64,000 bases of DNA from Squalus acanthias (Eukaryota). The stretch is taken from contig CM059438.1 in assembly GCA_030390025.1 (NCBI GenBank), positions 69,132,001-69,196,000 of the forward strand. Direction: 5' to 3'. Shown here one piece after another: positions 50,533 through 63,082 of this stretch. Under the pieces are notes generated by a model. The model saw only the letters and a list, made by a program, of their open reading frames with translations, was not told the origin of the DNA and made no database searches. The position numbers and the translations under genes are program-made. The first letter of the stretch is position 1, and every line of letters starts with the position of its first letter.

Positions 50533-52321
50533 TGTAGGCTTCGCAAAATCCCCCAGAAACTCGAACAGAACCCTAAAAGGGGTGATTTTTGGATTTTCAT
50601 ACAAATTTGGGATGATGGGACCTAAGTGAAGTGATTTGAGGTACAAAGCTCAGTTTTGGACATTTTAAAGATCAGGGAAGAAAAACCCTGAGGAAAATGG
50701 CTTTTGGATCTTACTGTTGGGAAAGACACCTTTCACAGACACAAGACAGGCTGCGGAGGGGTGTGGCAAGGCAGTGGACAGCTGTTGGGTATTGGGGCCC
50801 AGTCAAGCTGTCTGGGAATTGTTTACACTGCAATCCAACCAAGGAGGAAGAGACAAACCCAAAACCTCACATACACATCCAAATATGAATAATCCAAGAC
50901 CCCTTTTGAAATTCCCAGGCCCAAACAGGATACCAGGAGCCTGAAAACAATAAAACATCTAGTACACCCATTACTTCATCAAAAACCAATCAACCAAGTA
51001 TCTACAGGGACAGATTAACAAGCCTGCCAAAAAACCTAAGACAATAGGGACAAGATTTGGCACGTAGATAAAGGCCCTGCCTAAATGGGAGACATCGGAA
51101 GCCATCAGGACAATTTAACACCAAGTTAAAACCATAAAAACTTAACAAGCCGCCAAAACCTAAGACAATGGAATGAATAGGCCTCAACTGAAACCTAAAT
51201 CACTCCAACACGAAACCGATTTAGTAAAGGGGTTTTGGGCGCGAAAAAGACAAAGGGCCTGAACAGTATAATTGGGGGCCTAATCCCCCAAGAAAGTGAG
51301 TTGCAGCAAGTTCCAGCAAGACACTACAAGCCACATGACACGAGCAGGAGGAGGAAAGAAGCAGCAAGGCCACGAGGCAGACCCGAGGCGAGATCGGAGG
51401 CAGGGACAGACAAGGCCAGGCAAGGGCTAGAGCTGAGACCACGAGCTGGAAGCGAGTCGGCATCGCTCAACATACGGTCCAGCTCTAGTAGGTACTAGCC
51501 AAGGCCACTGGAAGCTGGGAGCGAGTCAGCATCGCTCAATCCACGGTCCAGCTCCAGGAGGTACCGCCCCGACAGGCCTCCAACGCAACAAACTAACAAC
51601 CAGAGCCACCAAGGGCTCCACAAGGTGAACCGACACTCGAAAGTCCTGCGGAAACCAAGGCCCCATGCAACCACCAACCACCAGGCAACTACGACCAAGA
51701 ACCAGACCAACACCAGGGAAAAATCGAAGACACGCAAGTTTACACTCTACAAACTATTCCTGACTTACCCCTGGGTAAGATTTTCCCTTAAAAAACTCTA
51801 AACCCTACTTCTAAGGAAGAAAATCGGGTACTCACCTGATAGTATCCAAAACGCACCTTACCGCATCAGCGGACAGACCCAAACTGAACTGGAGTGCAGC
51901 TGAAGTCTTCCACCACGTCCGGGGTACGGCAGGCCCCAACAACCAAAAACCTCAGTGAACTCTGAAACCGCGAAATACCTCAACTGTCAAGAACTGTCAT
52001 TGGTGAGCATTATCCCTGATCCTTTGAAATTGAAACCTAGCTAGACAGTGGGATTGGGAGGGATTAGGGTTTTTGTATATTGTCATGCTCCCTCGCTTGT
52101 ACCATGTGTTCCCCAACCTGTGTTTAAGCATCTAAGTGTGTTTTAAGTTTGTTACCTTTTCTTTTAATTAAGTCAAAATTCTTTCATCAGAACCTGTTGT
52201 CTACTGCATCTTTGTTCACAACCCCTAAATAAGTCCAAAGTCTAGAACCCGGGACGTGGGAGCGATTCGAACTGCTCACTGAGTCAGAGGTGAAGGCTGA
52301 CCCCACACACCACCCCCTACA
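50533..52321 (+). mobile_element. Solo LTR, copy 3 (1.8 kb), inverted relative to copy 2
   Basis: TGTAGG...CCTACA, 4-bp TSD GTCT; TATAA at 51267-51271; colinear with the rc of 40346-42062 except for a variable central block. Confidence 0.9.
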
Positions 52322-52404
52322 GTCTTTTATCATGTACTGTAGGTGGTGAACGAACGGCACCCATCGTTCGTTAGAATTGCCCCTGCCTGTTTAATTTCCA
52401 TGAA

Positions 52405-53540
52405 CTTTTGCACCAAGAAGCCCGAGTAAAATTGAAGTCAATGGGAATGAGGGGGAAAACTCTACTCTGGCTGGAGTCATACCTAGCACAAAGGAAGATG
52501 TTTGTGGTAGTTGGAGGCCAATCAACTCAGCCCCAGGACATCACTGCAAAAGTTCCTCAGGGCAGTGTCCTAGGCCTAACCATCTTCAGCAGCTTCATAA
52601 AGGATCTTCCCTCCATCATAAGTTCAGAAATGGGGATGTTCGCAGATGAATGCACAGTGTTCAGTTCCATTTGTAATTCCTCAAAGAGTGAAGCAGTCCA
52701 TGCCCGCATGCAGCAAGACGTGGACAACATCCAGGCTTGGGCTGATAAGTGGCAGTAACATTTGCGCCAAATGCGCCAGGCAATGACTATCTCCAACAAG
52801 AGAGAGTCTAACCACTTCCCCTTGACATTCAATGGCATTACTATTATCGAATCCCCCACCATCAACAAACATCCTGGGGGGCACCATTGACCAGAAACTT
52901 AATTGGACCAGCCACATAAATACTGTAGCTACAAAAACAAGACAGAGGCTGGGTAGTCTGCGGTGAGTGACTCACTACCTGACTCACCAAAGCCTTTCCA
53001 CCATCTACAAAGTTCAAGTCAGGAGTGTGAAGGAATATTCTCCACTTGCCCAGATAAGTGTAGCTCCAACAACACTCAAGAAGCTCGACGCCATCCAGGA
53101 CAAAGCAGCTCACTTGATCGGCACCTCATCCACCACCTTAAAAAATTCACTCCCTCCACCACCGGCACACCGTGGCTGCAGTGTGTACCATCTACAAGAT
53201 GCACTGCAGCAACTCACCAAAGCTTGTTCGATAGCACCTCCCAAACCCGCGACCTCAAACACCTAGAAGAACAAGGGCAGCAGACGTATGGGAACACCAG
53301 CACCTCCAAGTTACCTTTCAAGTCACACACCATCCTGACTTAGAAGTATATCATCGTTCCTTCATCGTCATTGGGTCAAAATCCTGGAACTCCCTACCTA
53401 ACAGCACTGTGGGAGTACCTTCACCACATGGACTGCAGCGGTTCAAGAAGGCGGCTCACCACCACCTTCTCAAGGGAAAATAGGGATGGGCAATAAATGC
53501 TGACCTCGCCAGCGATGCCCACATACCATGAATGAATACA
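52405..53540 (+). mobile_element. LINE 3' part (family of 13880-16721)
   Basis: VPQGSVLG, FADEC, IYKVQVRSVKEY; 3' end GGGCAATAAATGCTG...CATGAATGAAT. Confidence 0.92.
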
Positions 53541-53569
53541 TTTTTTTAAAGTTGCTGCAAACGAGAGAT

Positions 53570-54220
53570 CAAAATGCCTCGGCACCCTCTTCAGGGCATC
53601 TGGGACCTGTGTGAACAGGGCAAGCAACTGTATTGTTCATGAACAGCACAGAGTTTGAACCAGGAAGTGTAAGTTAGAATAATAAATTCAATGTCAGATC
53701 AGATACAGAAAGCAAAATAAAGAGAGGGAAAGAAAGATTGGATTAAGAGAGAGAGAACAAAAAGACAAAGAAATTTTTTTTTAAAAGAAACATTTTAATA
53801 AAAACATTTTTTTTAAAATCTCCAGCAACAACTAAAAGCTGAAGGAATGAGACTCCACACTTGTAAAAGTTAATTTTCAGTGTTGGAGAGGTTGTTTGGC
53901 AGTAATTCAGCCTTATCATGAGTTTAACATTGGTACTTAGACTAAAATGGATAAGCCCTAACTTTCTGTGGCGCGTTTCATCCGTATCTACCAGGCAAGT
54001 ACAGGAACTTCACACTGTTCAATACATTTGAATGAGGAGCCAGATAGTGAGATGCCGTTTTCGCGCAACTTACAAAGGAGCGGCGCATCTCAGACAGCAA
54101 CTTCCGGATTTTCACGTTTAACTGCGCATCTGCCCTCGCCTGAAGTTGCTGTCCGACTTGCGCATAAATAACGGTGAGCGCTGTTAGCTTCACCATTATT
54201 TTTACAGTAAATTCTGGCCC
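53570..54220. mobile_element. MITE family C fragment
   Basis: Right end AAATTCTGGCCC; internal homology to 7260-7350. Confidence 0.65.
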
Positions 54221-55009
54221 AATATCTCACAGCTTTACCAATGCTGTTTCAACAATCTCTTAAATGGTACTCTTTTAAACTGCCTTTTCACCCCATAATG
54301 CCATCCACCTACAGTCACATTCATCAGTCATCTCATTGTGCAGGAGACAGATGGCCATTTTTGTTCAAGAATGAATGCAAAAGCTAAGTAATGAAGTCAA
54401 ATCTTCAAAGAAGTGTAAGGATTCCACTGTGTGTGTATAAGAGAGAAAGACAGTGAATCTGTGTAAAAGAAAGGCAGACATGAGGGGAAGTGTAAATGGA
54501 ACCTGTAGAGATTAATTGCTTTTATATTCACTGCCACTAGTCTGGCTTCTTGTAATTTATTGGTTCAGTTATGTAATTAGTCATTTTAATAATCTATTAT
54601 TCAGTGGCAATTCAGTTAGTACCATCTTAGCTTTTACATTGAGTTAAGGATTTTTTTAATATAAACTGGTTTTGCCTTCTCTTAATTTTGCAAATGTTTC
54701 ATGTCTCATATCTCAAAGACCTGGTGTAATTTGTGCACCAAGCACAGCAATATTGTAATCTATTAATAATGCTGTAACTTAGAATTTTAAATCTATTAGT
54801 AGGAAGACTTTGCACTAGAAGCAGTCTTTGTAATATCTGTAAGAACACCAGCAGTCTTGCTATTCACTCCTGAAATGACCTATCCTGAGCTAATTTAACC
54901 TGCACCCACAGTTGACATTGGGTTTGAATGCAGGAATCTAACAATGCACAACAGTGGGGTAGGAAAAATGAAACGAATCAGGTAAGACAAAAAACAAAGA
55001 AATTATGAA

Positions 55010-55228
55010 AGAAAAATTATGCTGATAGATTTAGATGAGGAAAGACGGGAGGAGGCTCATGTGGAGCATAAATGCCAGCATGGACTGGCTGGGCCGAATG
55101 GCCTGTTTCTGTGCCGTATATCCTATATAATCCTGTGTAAAAACAGATAACGTTTGAAATATGAAGGTCACCATCAGCTTCTGGGAAGAGAAGAGTCAAT
55201 GTGTGCGGTGTCACCCTTCATCAGAATT
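55010..55228. mobile_element. CR1 tail fragment plus degenerate Penelope/hammerhead relic
   Basis: GGGCCGAATGGCCTGTTTCTGTG tail (+); minus-strand CTGATGAAGGGTGACACC with a mutated GAAA. Confidence 0.5.
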
Positions 55229-55614
55229 GTTAGCTAATATAAGTTGGAAAGAAAAATGGAAGAACAGGGAGAAACAAGAGATACTCAGATCACATAGAGG
55301 GGGTTAATAGGTTGAATGACCTGCAAGCTGTTTAATTGGAGATTGTTAGATGATAAAAAGATAAACTTAATGGGGCAACGGAAATACATTAGAACAAAAG
55401 AGCATGCAAAAAGAAATTCGAAACAGAGCAATAAATCGACTAAATCATTTGTCACCTGCTATTATTTTGCTTCTTGAAAAGTGGAGGATACTTTTGCTTC
55501 AAAATCATTGATTGAGATTAGCTTCAGAGCAAATAAATGATACTGTTAGGGCCAGTTTGAATTAATTTACTGAACAACTAAATTTTGCCCAGATTTGGGT
55601 CGGACATCCACATT

Positions 55615-56318
55615 GGCCCAGAAATTCGGGTTGGAGGCTTCCTGCGGGTGCAAGCATAGCGGGTGCACTTGCATAGCGCGTCTGCCGTTGTACTGTGGGC
55701 CCGCGTGGGATTCCGATTCTGGGCCTCCTCCAGCTGCCAGCGCACAGTGCTCGCGTATCCCAGCGGCGCAACTAGTTCGCACCGTCCCCTGGGATCACGT
55801 GACCTGTCAAATCTATGAATAGAGATCGGCCCCAAAACCTAAGTAAAACTTCAAAGATTTTTTTTTAAATCACATTTTAAAAATAACTATAAATTACATA
55901 ATTACTATTTTAAACAAAAATTAAAATTTTTGAAAAATTTTATTAAAGTTTTTAACAGGGCTAAAAATAAACTTACCTTTCTTTAAAGTATTTAAAAATG
56001 ATAAACCTGTGGAAAATTTTTTTCAATTTTACTTAATTCACCTCTTACCTTGTTAAAAGCAGGCCTTGCGCCTGCTTTTTCCACGCGCAGCTGCGAGGGA
56101 CTTACCCGCACAGAGAAACCTGTAAAAAAAGCGGAAGTTCGATGCGTACGCGCTGCCTGTCCAGCGCACGCGGGTGACCTGTGAACCCCTTCCTTCAAGA
56201 GACCGGAAGTTCCGGTTTCCCGTTCATGTGCAGTGCATGCGCGAAACCGGCACTTCCGGTGGCCCTACGGGTGAGTACACAGCGCGTACTCACCCGTGGG
56301 GATCCGAATTTCTGGGCC
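55615..56318 (-). mobile_element. MITE family A, copy 3
   Basis: TIRs GGCCCAGAAATTCGG / CCGAATTTCTGGGCC; most similar to copy 1. Confidence 0.9.
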
Positions 56319-57016
56319 TGAGGCTCCTGAGTCATGGAGAAACTATTCTGCTGATTTCACATTCTAACACTGTTCCTGGCTGTCAAAGAACGAGACAAAG
56401 ACAGAATGTGAAGGGCTCTCGCAACAGATGCGCTGGGCATCACTGTTCTGTTGTGGAATTATAATGAAGCACGGTGCAGGTTAGCGATGATCTTACATTG
56501 GGGGTTTGCTTCAGGTGCATCTTACATTGGCTGGCAGGCCTCTCCTGCAAATCTTCACCATCTGCAGCGTGTCTCATTGGCAGATGTTTACCTTTCACTG
56601 TATGGACAAACAGTAACCATAAACCTCGGCTCTTTAATAGCAAGTAGCATAAAGCAGAGGAAACCCTCTGTGTATAAATCATGCATTGCCCTTGTCTACT
56701 TCTCAAGCTTACAAATACTTAATGAGAGTGGAACTCCTGGGGTTTTTATCTAGAAGGAAGCAAACAAGATAGATCAGATATTTCCATGAGAAAACCTTAG
56801 AAACCAACACGGTCTCAATGTTCATCATAATCTTTGTAATTTGAAGTCTAAGGGCAGGTTTTTTAAGAAAAAAAGTATTGCTATATAAGAGCCACCCTTA
56901 GCTCTCTTATTTTTGATAATTTTTGGGGGGGTCACCGGGTGTGTAAAAAAAATAGTCAGTTGAAGTGTTGCAGGTTTTCTCATTCTCTACTTGTGTGACT
57001 TTTTCACTAGCATTAC

Positions 57017-57322
57017 TGACCCTCCCAAACCCGCGACCTCCACCACCTAGAAGGACAAGAGCAGCAGGTGGATGGGAACACCACCACCTCCAAGCTCCCC
57101 TCCAAGTCACACACCATCTTGACTTGTAAATATATCGCTGTCCCTTCATCGTCGCTGGGTCACAATCCCGGAACTCCCTCCCTTACAGTTCTGTGGGAGC
57201 ACCTTCACCACACGGACTGCAGCGGTTCAAGGAGCAGGCTTACCAACCACTTTCTCAAGGGCTACTAGAATGGGCAGTAAATGCTGGCCTTGCCAACGAC
57301 GTCCATATTCCAAGAATGAATT
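57017..57322 (+). mobile_element. LINE 3' end fragment (family of 13880-16721)
   Basis: Homologous to 53236-53540. Confidence 0.88.
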
Positions 57323-57796
57323 AAAGAAACTGAATTAATGATGTATTTCAATATAAGGCATGCACTATCCTTGCATCCAAGCCATAGTCCGCTCCCAGGA
57401 CAGATACAGCAGTGTCCCCATTTGTAGAGCGGAGAGAGAAAGAGACTGAACTTGGCCATTGCAACTTTCAGCATCCAATTCTCTGAAGTGCATTAGAGCC
57501 TTGACATCCCATCCAGCTATCCTTTATTATTCATAGCATGTTAAGATTTTTTATTTTACTGTTGAGATTTCAGTTGGGAATTTTGCAGAGGCATTTTGAG
57601 TCTTTCCATACTGACATCATTGTGTCTGACAAATTATGTTATGTAGCTTCATGTTAACCAACAGGAATAGTGAGTGTATTTTAGACAATAAGCAGAGACC
57701 AGGCTTGCAAGACTAATGAATTATTTGGTGGGTTATTGTAAAACTAGGAGGCAATTGAATACATAGATTGGCTTTTACATATCTCAGGAAGTCTTT

Positions 57797-58691
57797 GGGC
57801 TGAATTTTCTGGGATGTTAGCAGGCTAGAGCGCTGGTGGGTGGGCTGGGAAAGTTGTTATTTTTGACAGAGGGTCGGGAACCCGGTGTCATCTCGCTCCC
57901 AAGCGCCTTTCCCCCCAGGCGCATCTGTCATCGCAGAGCCGACCTGACTGGCAGTGGCGGGAGATCCAATTGAGTTTTGAGGCTTATCCCCATTTTATGC
58001 CTGCAATTGCGGGCTTCCCGATGGCTGCAAACCTCGCCAGGGTCAGCGAGGCGAGCATTGGGTCAGCGGGGGTGAGAGGGGTCGAAATGTCAGCTGTAGA
58101 GGTGAGTGATAGGTGCAAGTGTGGACAGGTAAGTATGAGAGGTGAGTGTAAAGTGCTGGGAAAAGTTTCCTTACCTTTGCTTCTTCCTGCAGGCTTCAAC
58201 CTTTGAGGATCTGGAGGTGCCTCATCTCAACGGCAGAGATGACAGAATGGCTGCTGCATTCTTAGATAAGAACATAAGAACATAAGAAATAGGAGCAGGA
58301 GTAGGCCATTCGGCCCTTCGAGCCTGCTCCGCCATTCAATGAGATCATGGCTGATCTTCTGCCTCAACTCAATTGCAGCAGCCATCTGCTTTCTGCTGAG
58401 GAGAGAGGTCTTGGTGAGCCTTCTGTGCAAGGGCTCACCTTAGAACAGAGATTGTCAGTGTTTGACAGCTTCTCAAAGTTGTCAAACGCTGACAATTCAT
58501 CTGTCAAAAAATTTTCGACAGATGAAGCGTCATACGCTGACGTTATCTGTCACCGGCTTTCCCTTAATTGGCCGGACAAGGCCAATCAAGGGAAAATAGT
58601 GTGGGTTGGTCAGACGTCGCTGGGGGCGGGACTGAAACCCAAAAACCAGCAGTCCCGCCCCCAACGCGCCTCCATTGAGAAAATCCAGCCC
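57797..58691 (+). mobile_element. MITE family B, copy 2, with a CR1-tail insertion (~58266-58370)
   Basis: TIRs GGGCTGAATTTTCT / AGAAAATCCAGCCC; internal homology to 11547-12381. Confidence 0.87.
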
Positions 58692-59289
58692 CACATCTGT
58701 CAACCTGAGGCGTGGGTTCCATGGCCGTTGCTCCAGCTGATTACTTGACAGCATGAAAAACAAACCAAAATAAAAACATGCTGATTACATCAGCTATCAG
58801 ATTGATGGAGATTCTGTTCTACTTGAAAAGCTACTGGTAAATGTTAAATCAGAAATTCCAGAAGGGATGTGAGTGCTGAAGGCTCCCCTCCTACCCTGGA
58901 TGGTAAGGGAAATACATTTTTCACTGGCCATTCTCGGCTGTTGCCTTCCAACGCAACAGTAATTGCAGTGAATTGATCTGCACTATAAAAAATGGCATAT
59001 ACCATTTAAATACATTTTTTGTGTTGTCTTTTTGTCTTTTGTGTTTTGTTTTCTGGTCAGGTTTTTCTCACAGTATACTGTGATTGTCCAGTTACAGATT
59101 AAATCAAGTTATAACCGTATCAATTTCATTCTCGTCACTCATTCCACTGGTTCAATTTGCTTTCAGTCCCTGAATATAATTAATGTAATTTTTCAGTCTG
59201 AGACTTTGGGGGTTAATTTCTGTGGAGGTTCTCTCACTTGTCCATTTTTAACTTCAACGGAAGAGCTGCAGAAATCCCAGAAACACATT

Positions 59290-60017
59290 GGCCCAGAAAT
59301 TGATCTCGCTCTGTTCCCGCGGGGGTAAGGCTTTCCCGCGATCTCTCACCTCGCTTGTGCTTTTTCAGATCCAGCTCGCACGAACTTCATGTTCTAGAGA
59401 TCAGCTGGGCAGTGCTTGCGTATCCCAGCGGCGTAGTGAATTCGTGCGAGCTGTGGGATCAGGTGACTCAGTTAGAGCCAATGGCAGCACACCATCTTCC
59501 ATTCATAAGTTTCACAGCAGGCTGTGAAATCTATGAATCTTACACCCCCCCAAAATAACAGCTAAACCTCAATTAAATTTTAAAAAAAAACCATCACATT
59601 AATAAAATAAGTATAGTTAATTAAATTAACCATTTTAAATAAAAAATTAAATTTTTGAAAAAATTTAAAATCTTTTAAAAAGTTATAAAAATAAACTTAC
59701 CTGTCTTTAAAGTCTCTAAAAAAGATATACCTGTTAAAAAAAATTCAAAAAAATACTTAATTCACTACTTACCTTCTTAAAAGCGGGTCTTACTCCTCCT
59801 TTTTACATTTCTAAAATCTTCAGTACTTACCTGCGCGTCCAAAGCATGAAGTGCACAGCGTGCGCGCAGCCTGTAGCGCGCACACGATGCACCGAGGAAC
59901 CGCCCCCTTTTCAGAAGAGCAATTGCCGGTTTTCAGCGCATGCGCAGGGCATGCAGAAAACCGACAATTGGAGTGGGAATACGCGAGATCTCGCGTCCCG
60001 GGATCAATTTTCGGCCC
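59290..60017 (-). mobile_element. MITE family A, copy 4
   Basis: TIRs GGCCCAGAAATTG / CAATTTTCGGCCC, TSD ATT; most similar to copy 2. Confidence 0.92.
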
Positions 60018-60608
60018 ATTGTAAGCACCACATACACTGTTTGTCAGGGATTCCGCTGAACTTGCATTTAAAATCTGCTTAATTTTAATTTTATGTATTA
60101 CCTATGCACACACATCTTTTATTTGTACCAGTTACTGATACAAAAGTCTATAGATTTGTGACTAAAGCACCAATAACTTCCCAATTAATGTACTTTTTAA
60201 ATTATGTTCTTGATTGTATTTGTAGATGGCATCATATTACTTAATGATAATATTATTTTTTTTTAAGTTTGTCACTCATATATAACTTTTATTATATTAT
60301 TGTAGAGTAAAGATTCATCACACATTTTGTTAGATTAAATGTCAAATTTAATGTGACCATGGTCTCTTTAAGGATCCCTGTTGAAAATGCGTCATGAATG
60401 ATGTCACCAGACCCGCTCCAGCTAATTGGGCCAGGTAACGCGCTGGGTGGGCTTAATAGGCCCCATTAAGGTATGGTCATTTTCAACAGCGGGATGGAGC
60501 CAGCAGCGGGGTCGTGACCCGCCATGGACATCGGCCGCACCGGACCCACCCAGTTCGGCAAAGTTCCAGTCTTTGTCATTTTAAAGACCCTGTAATTGGG
60601 GATATGTT

Positions 60609-61160
60609 GGCCCGGATTTTGCGGTAGTAATGACAGTGAACCCCTCTGAAGCTGACCGTAACTTCAGCGAAGCTGAACACGAATATTCTAAAGTTGCGGT
60701 CAGTCATTCACTGCTCCTCCACAGGCTGTGCTGTGGACACTCCCCCAACCCCCTGCCCCGCACCACCTCCAAGCCCCGCCGCTCCTCTCCACCCCACCCC
60801 CACCCCCGACATAGCCAGCAATCAATGAAATCAGTGGAACTGATGAAAACTTAAGCTTTTCCACACTAATATCACTGTTAAACACCTCATTAAATGTTAA
60901 GCCTTGTTGGAATAGCTGTAACTGGGCTTTTAACAGTGTATTGACTGCTCAACAACTGTTCCGGCCCTGAAAAACTAATTTTATATTTGTGGAATGTCAA
61001 ATTTCTCCATTATGATAAAAATTACTAGATTTAAAAAAATATATATATTGTTAAGTTTGTTCATGATATTGTAGCTTCTACTTTAACCCCATGTGTATAT
61101 TCCAATCTTTATTTCGCTCGCCGTAACATTTTTAAAAAGTGCAGATACTCAGTGCAGGCG
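60609..61160. mobile_element. MITE family C fragment
   Basis: Left end GGCCCGGATTTTGCGG; rc homology to 7170-7350. Confidence 0.65.
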
Positions 61161-62085
61161 TTGCCTTTACTAACTTCCACTCCCTCTCCTTTTTATTTTA
61201 ATTTCATAAAAGCATGCATTTTACATTCCTGTCCAAAATATTATTTCTGTGCTGCCTTGTGCATAGCAAAGGTTAATTGCTTCACCCTTTTCTATCAGCT
61301 GCATCACATCAGTTAAATCATGAGCTGTGTCCAAAATTTGTTCCTTCAGATCAGTTCTTCCACAGATTCTGAATTACCTTATACTATTGCTGTGACCTCA
61401 ACACCCTCGTTTAAGTCATTTTTCATTTTCCCTGCATCATTTAGGATGTTAAATTCTTCCTCTGTCTAGCCGAACATGATCTATGGACACACAGTCAGCA
61501 GATATTGGGCAGAACATTTGTAAAAATAACAGTGAATTAAGTCTTTTGCAAAACATATTTCTGGACAGATCGTTCTGATGGATCCCTTTATGAACGTATT
61601 TTCTTATTCTCTGTTTCACTCCAATGGAATTTCAGCACATCAATCTGCTTGTTGCTCTCAATAGAAGGTTTGCCAGAAATAAATGGACCGGTTCTGCAAC
61701 AACAGCTATGAGTTGAAGCTTTACAGCTCTTTTTAAGGCCAGATTAGCTGAGTGAAGTCAGTGCCAGACCATAACTTTTCCTTCGCGTGCCCAGTGCCAG
61801 CATCAAGCACTCCCTGGTCAGCCACAGCATGGGTTATGTGACATGTAAAGCACCCTTTGTGCTGCACAAATGCTGTCACCACTTTCTTTAACATCCACCT
61901 GCGGCATTGCTATTTATCAATTTGTCCTGAGTCAATGGGGTGGCGGGGGGCGGGGGAAATCCACCAGTAGTGTTAAGAAGTTTGTCACCCTTGTTCTCAT
62001 TCAGTTGCTAATCCAGAAGCCTATTTGTATTTGATCAACAGTCGAAGCAACCCCATAAGAAACAAAATGATAACAAAGTTATTGG

Positions 62086-62515
62086 CGTCAGCTGTGGCCG
62101 ACTGGGTCAAACTCTCGCCTCTGAGCCAAGAAGGATGTGAGTTCACAGTCCCACTCCAGAGACCTGAACACGACTTGCACACATAATCTAAGCTGACACT
62201 TTAGTGCAGTACTGAAGGAGAGTTGCACTGTCGGAAGTGACAAATTTCGGATGAGACATTAAACCGAGGTCCCATGGCACTATTTCAAAGAAGAGCGGGA
62301 CAGTTCTGGCCAATATTTGTCCCTCAACCAACATCAATAAAAAACATATTATCTGGTCATTATCACTTGTGGGACCTTGCTGTGCACAGATTGGCTGCCA
62401 CGTTTCCTACATTACAACAGTGACTAATTTGAAAAGTACTTCATTGTCTATAAAGTGCTTTGGGACGTCCTGAGGTCATGAAAGGCGCTTTTTAAATTCA
62501 CTTCTTTTTTTTTTG
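62086..62515 (+). mobile_element. Deu-domain tRNA-SINE with internal deletions
   Basis: Head CTCGCCTCTGAGCC..AGAAGG, core and tail as in the other copies. Confidence 0.88.
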
Positions 62516-62874
62516 ATCATAATGCATTGAAGGTAAGAACGTTTCCTTAAGGAAAAAAATTTACTCTTCAAAATGTGCTGGCGAAAGAGCACAAAAATTG
62601 AACTGGTTGTTCTTTGAGCTGCTTTTTAGCAGTGAAGGTTAATGAGACAGTCTAGCATGATTGTGAGCTTGAAATGAGAGACAGCACAGTAGCAATCTCA
62701 AACTGAGTCAATCTGTCTGCATTTACCATCTTTTAAAGACGCCAGTACTTGGCCTTTGAAAGAACAAAACCACGTTTTTAAAATGTCATCGTTCTGCGGT
62801 CTGAGTTAAGACCAGGTAATAGTGGCCAAGTCCGACCGCATTAACAACAATGAAATTGAATTCAGTGAGTGGAT

Positions 62875-63082
62875 TTGCCTGTTCCTGATCCTATTATTCA
62901 ACTGGGTGCAGCAAGTACAGGAAAATCAGGCAGGTAGGATTGCGCTCCCCTAGCGGAATCCACCTGATTTTCCATCAAATACTTTAAATAGGTGGAAAAT
63001 TAGACCATAGTGCACTCTTCTCTGCCTGATTTTCCTGTGGTTACTGAGCCCAGGTGGTCCAATAGCCCCAAGCACAGGGAAC
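62875..63082. repeat. Palindromic MITE relic
   Basis: ACAGGAAAATCAGGCAG (62917-62933) pairs with CTGCCTGATTTTCCTGT (63022-63038), with further imperfect outer arms. Confidence 0.6.

Noticed and set aside
40346..52321. Single 12-kb element (provirus or DIRS-like) bounded by inverted LTRs
   Set aside because: Each LTR has its own target-site duplication, and the interior has no gag, pol or recombinase ORF.
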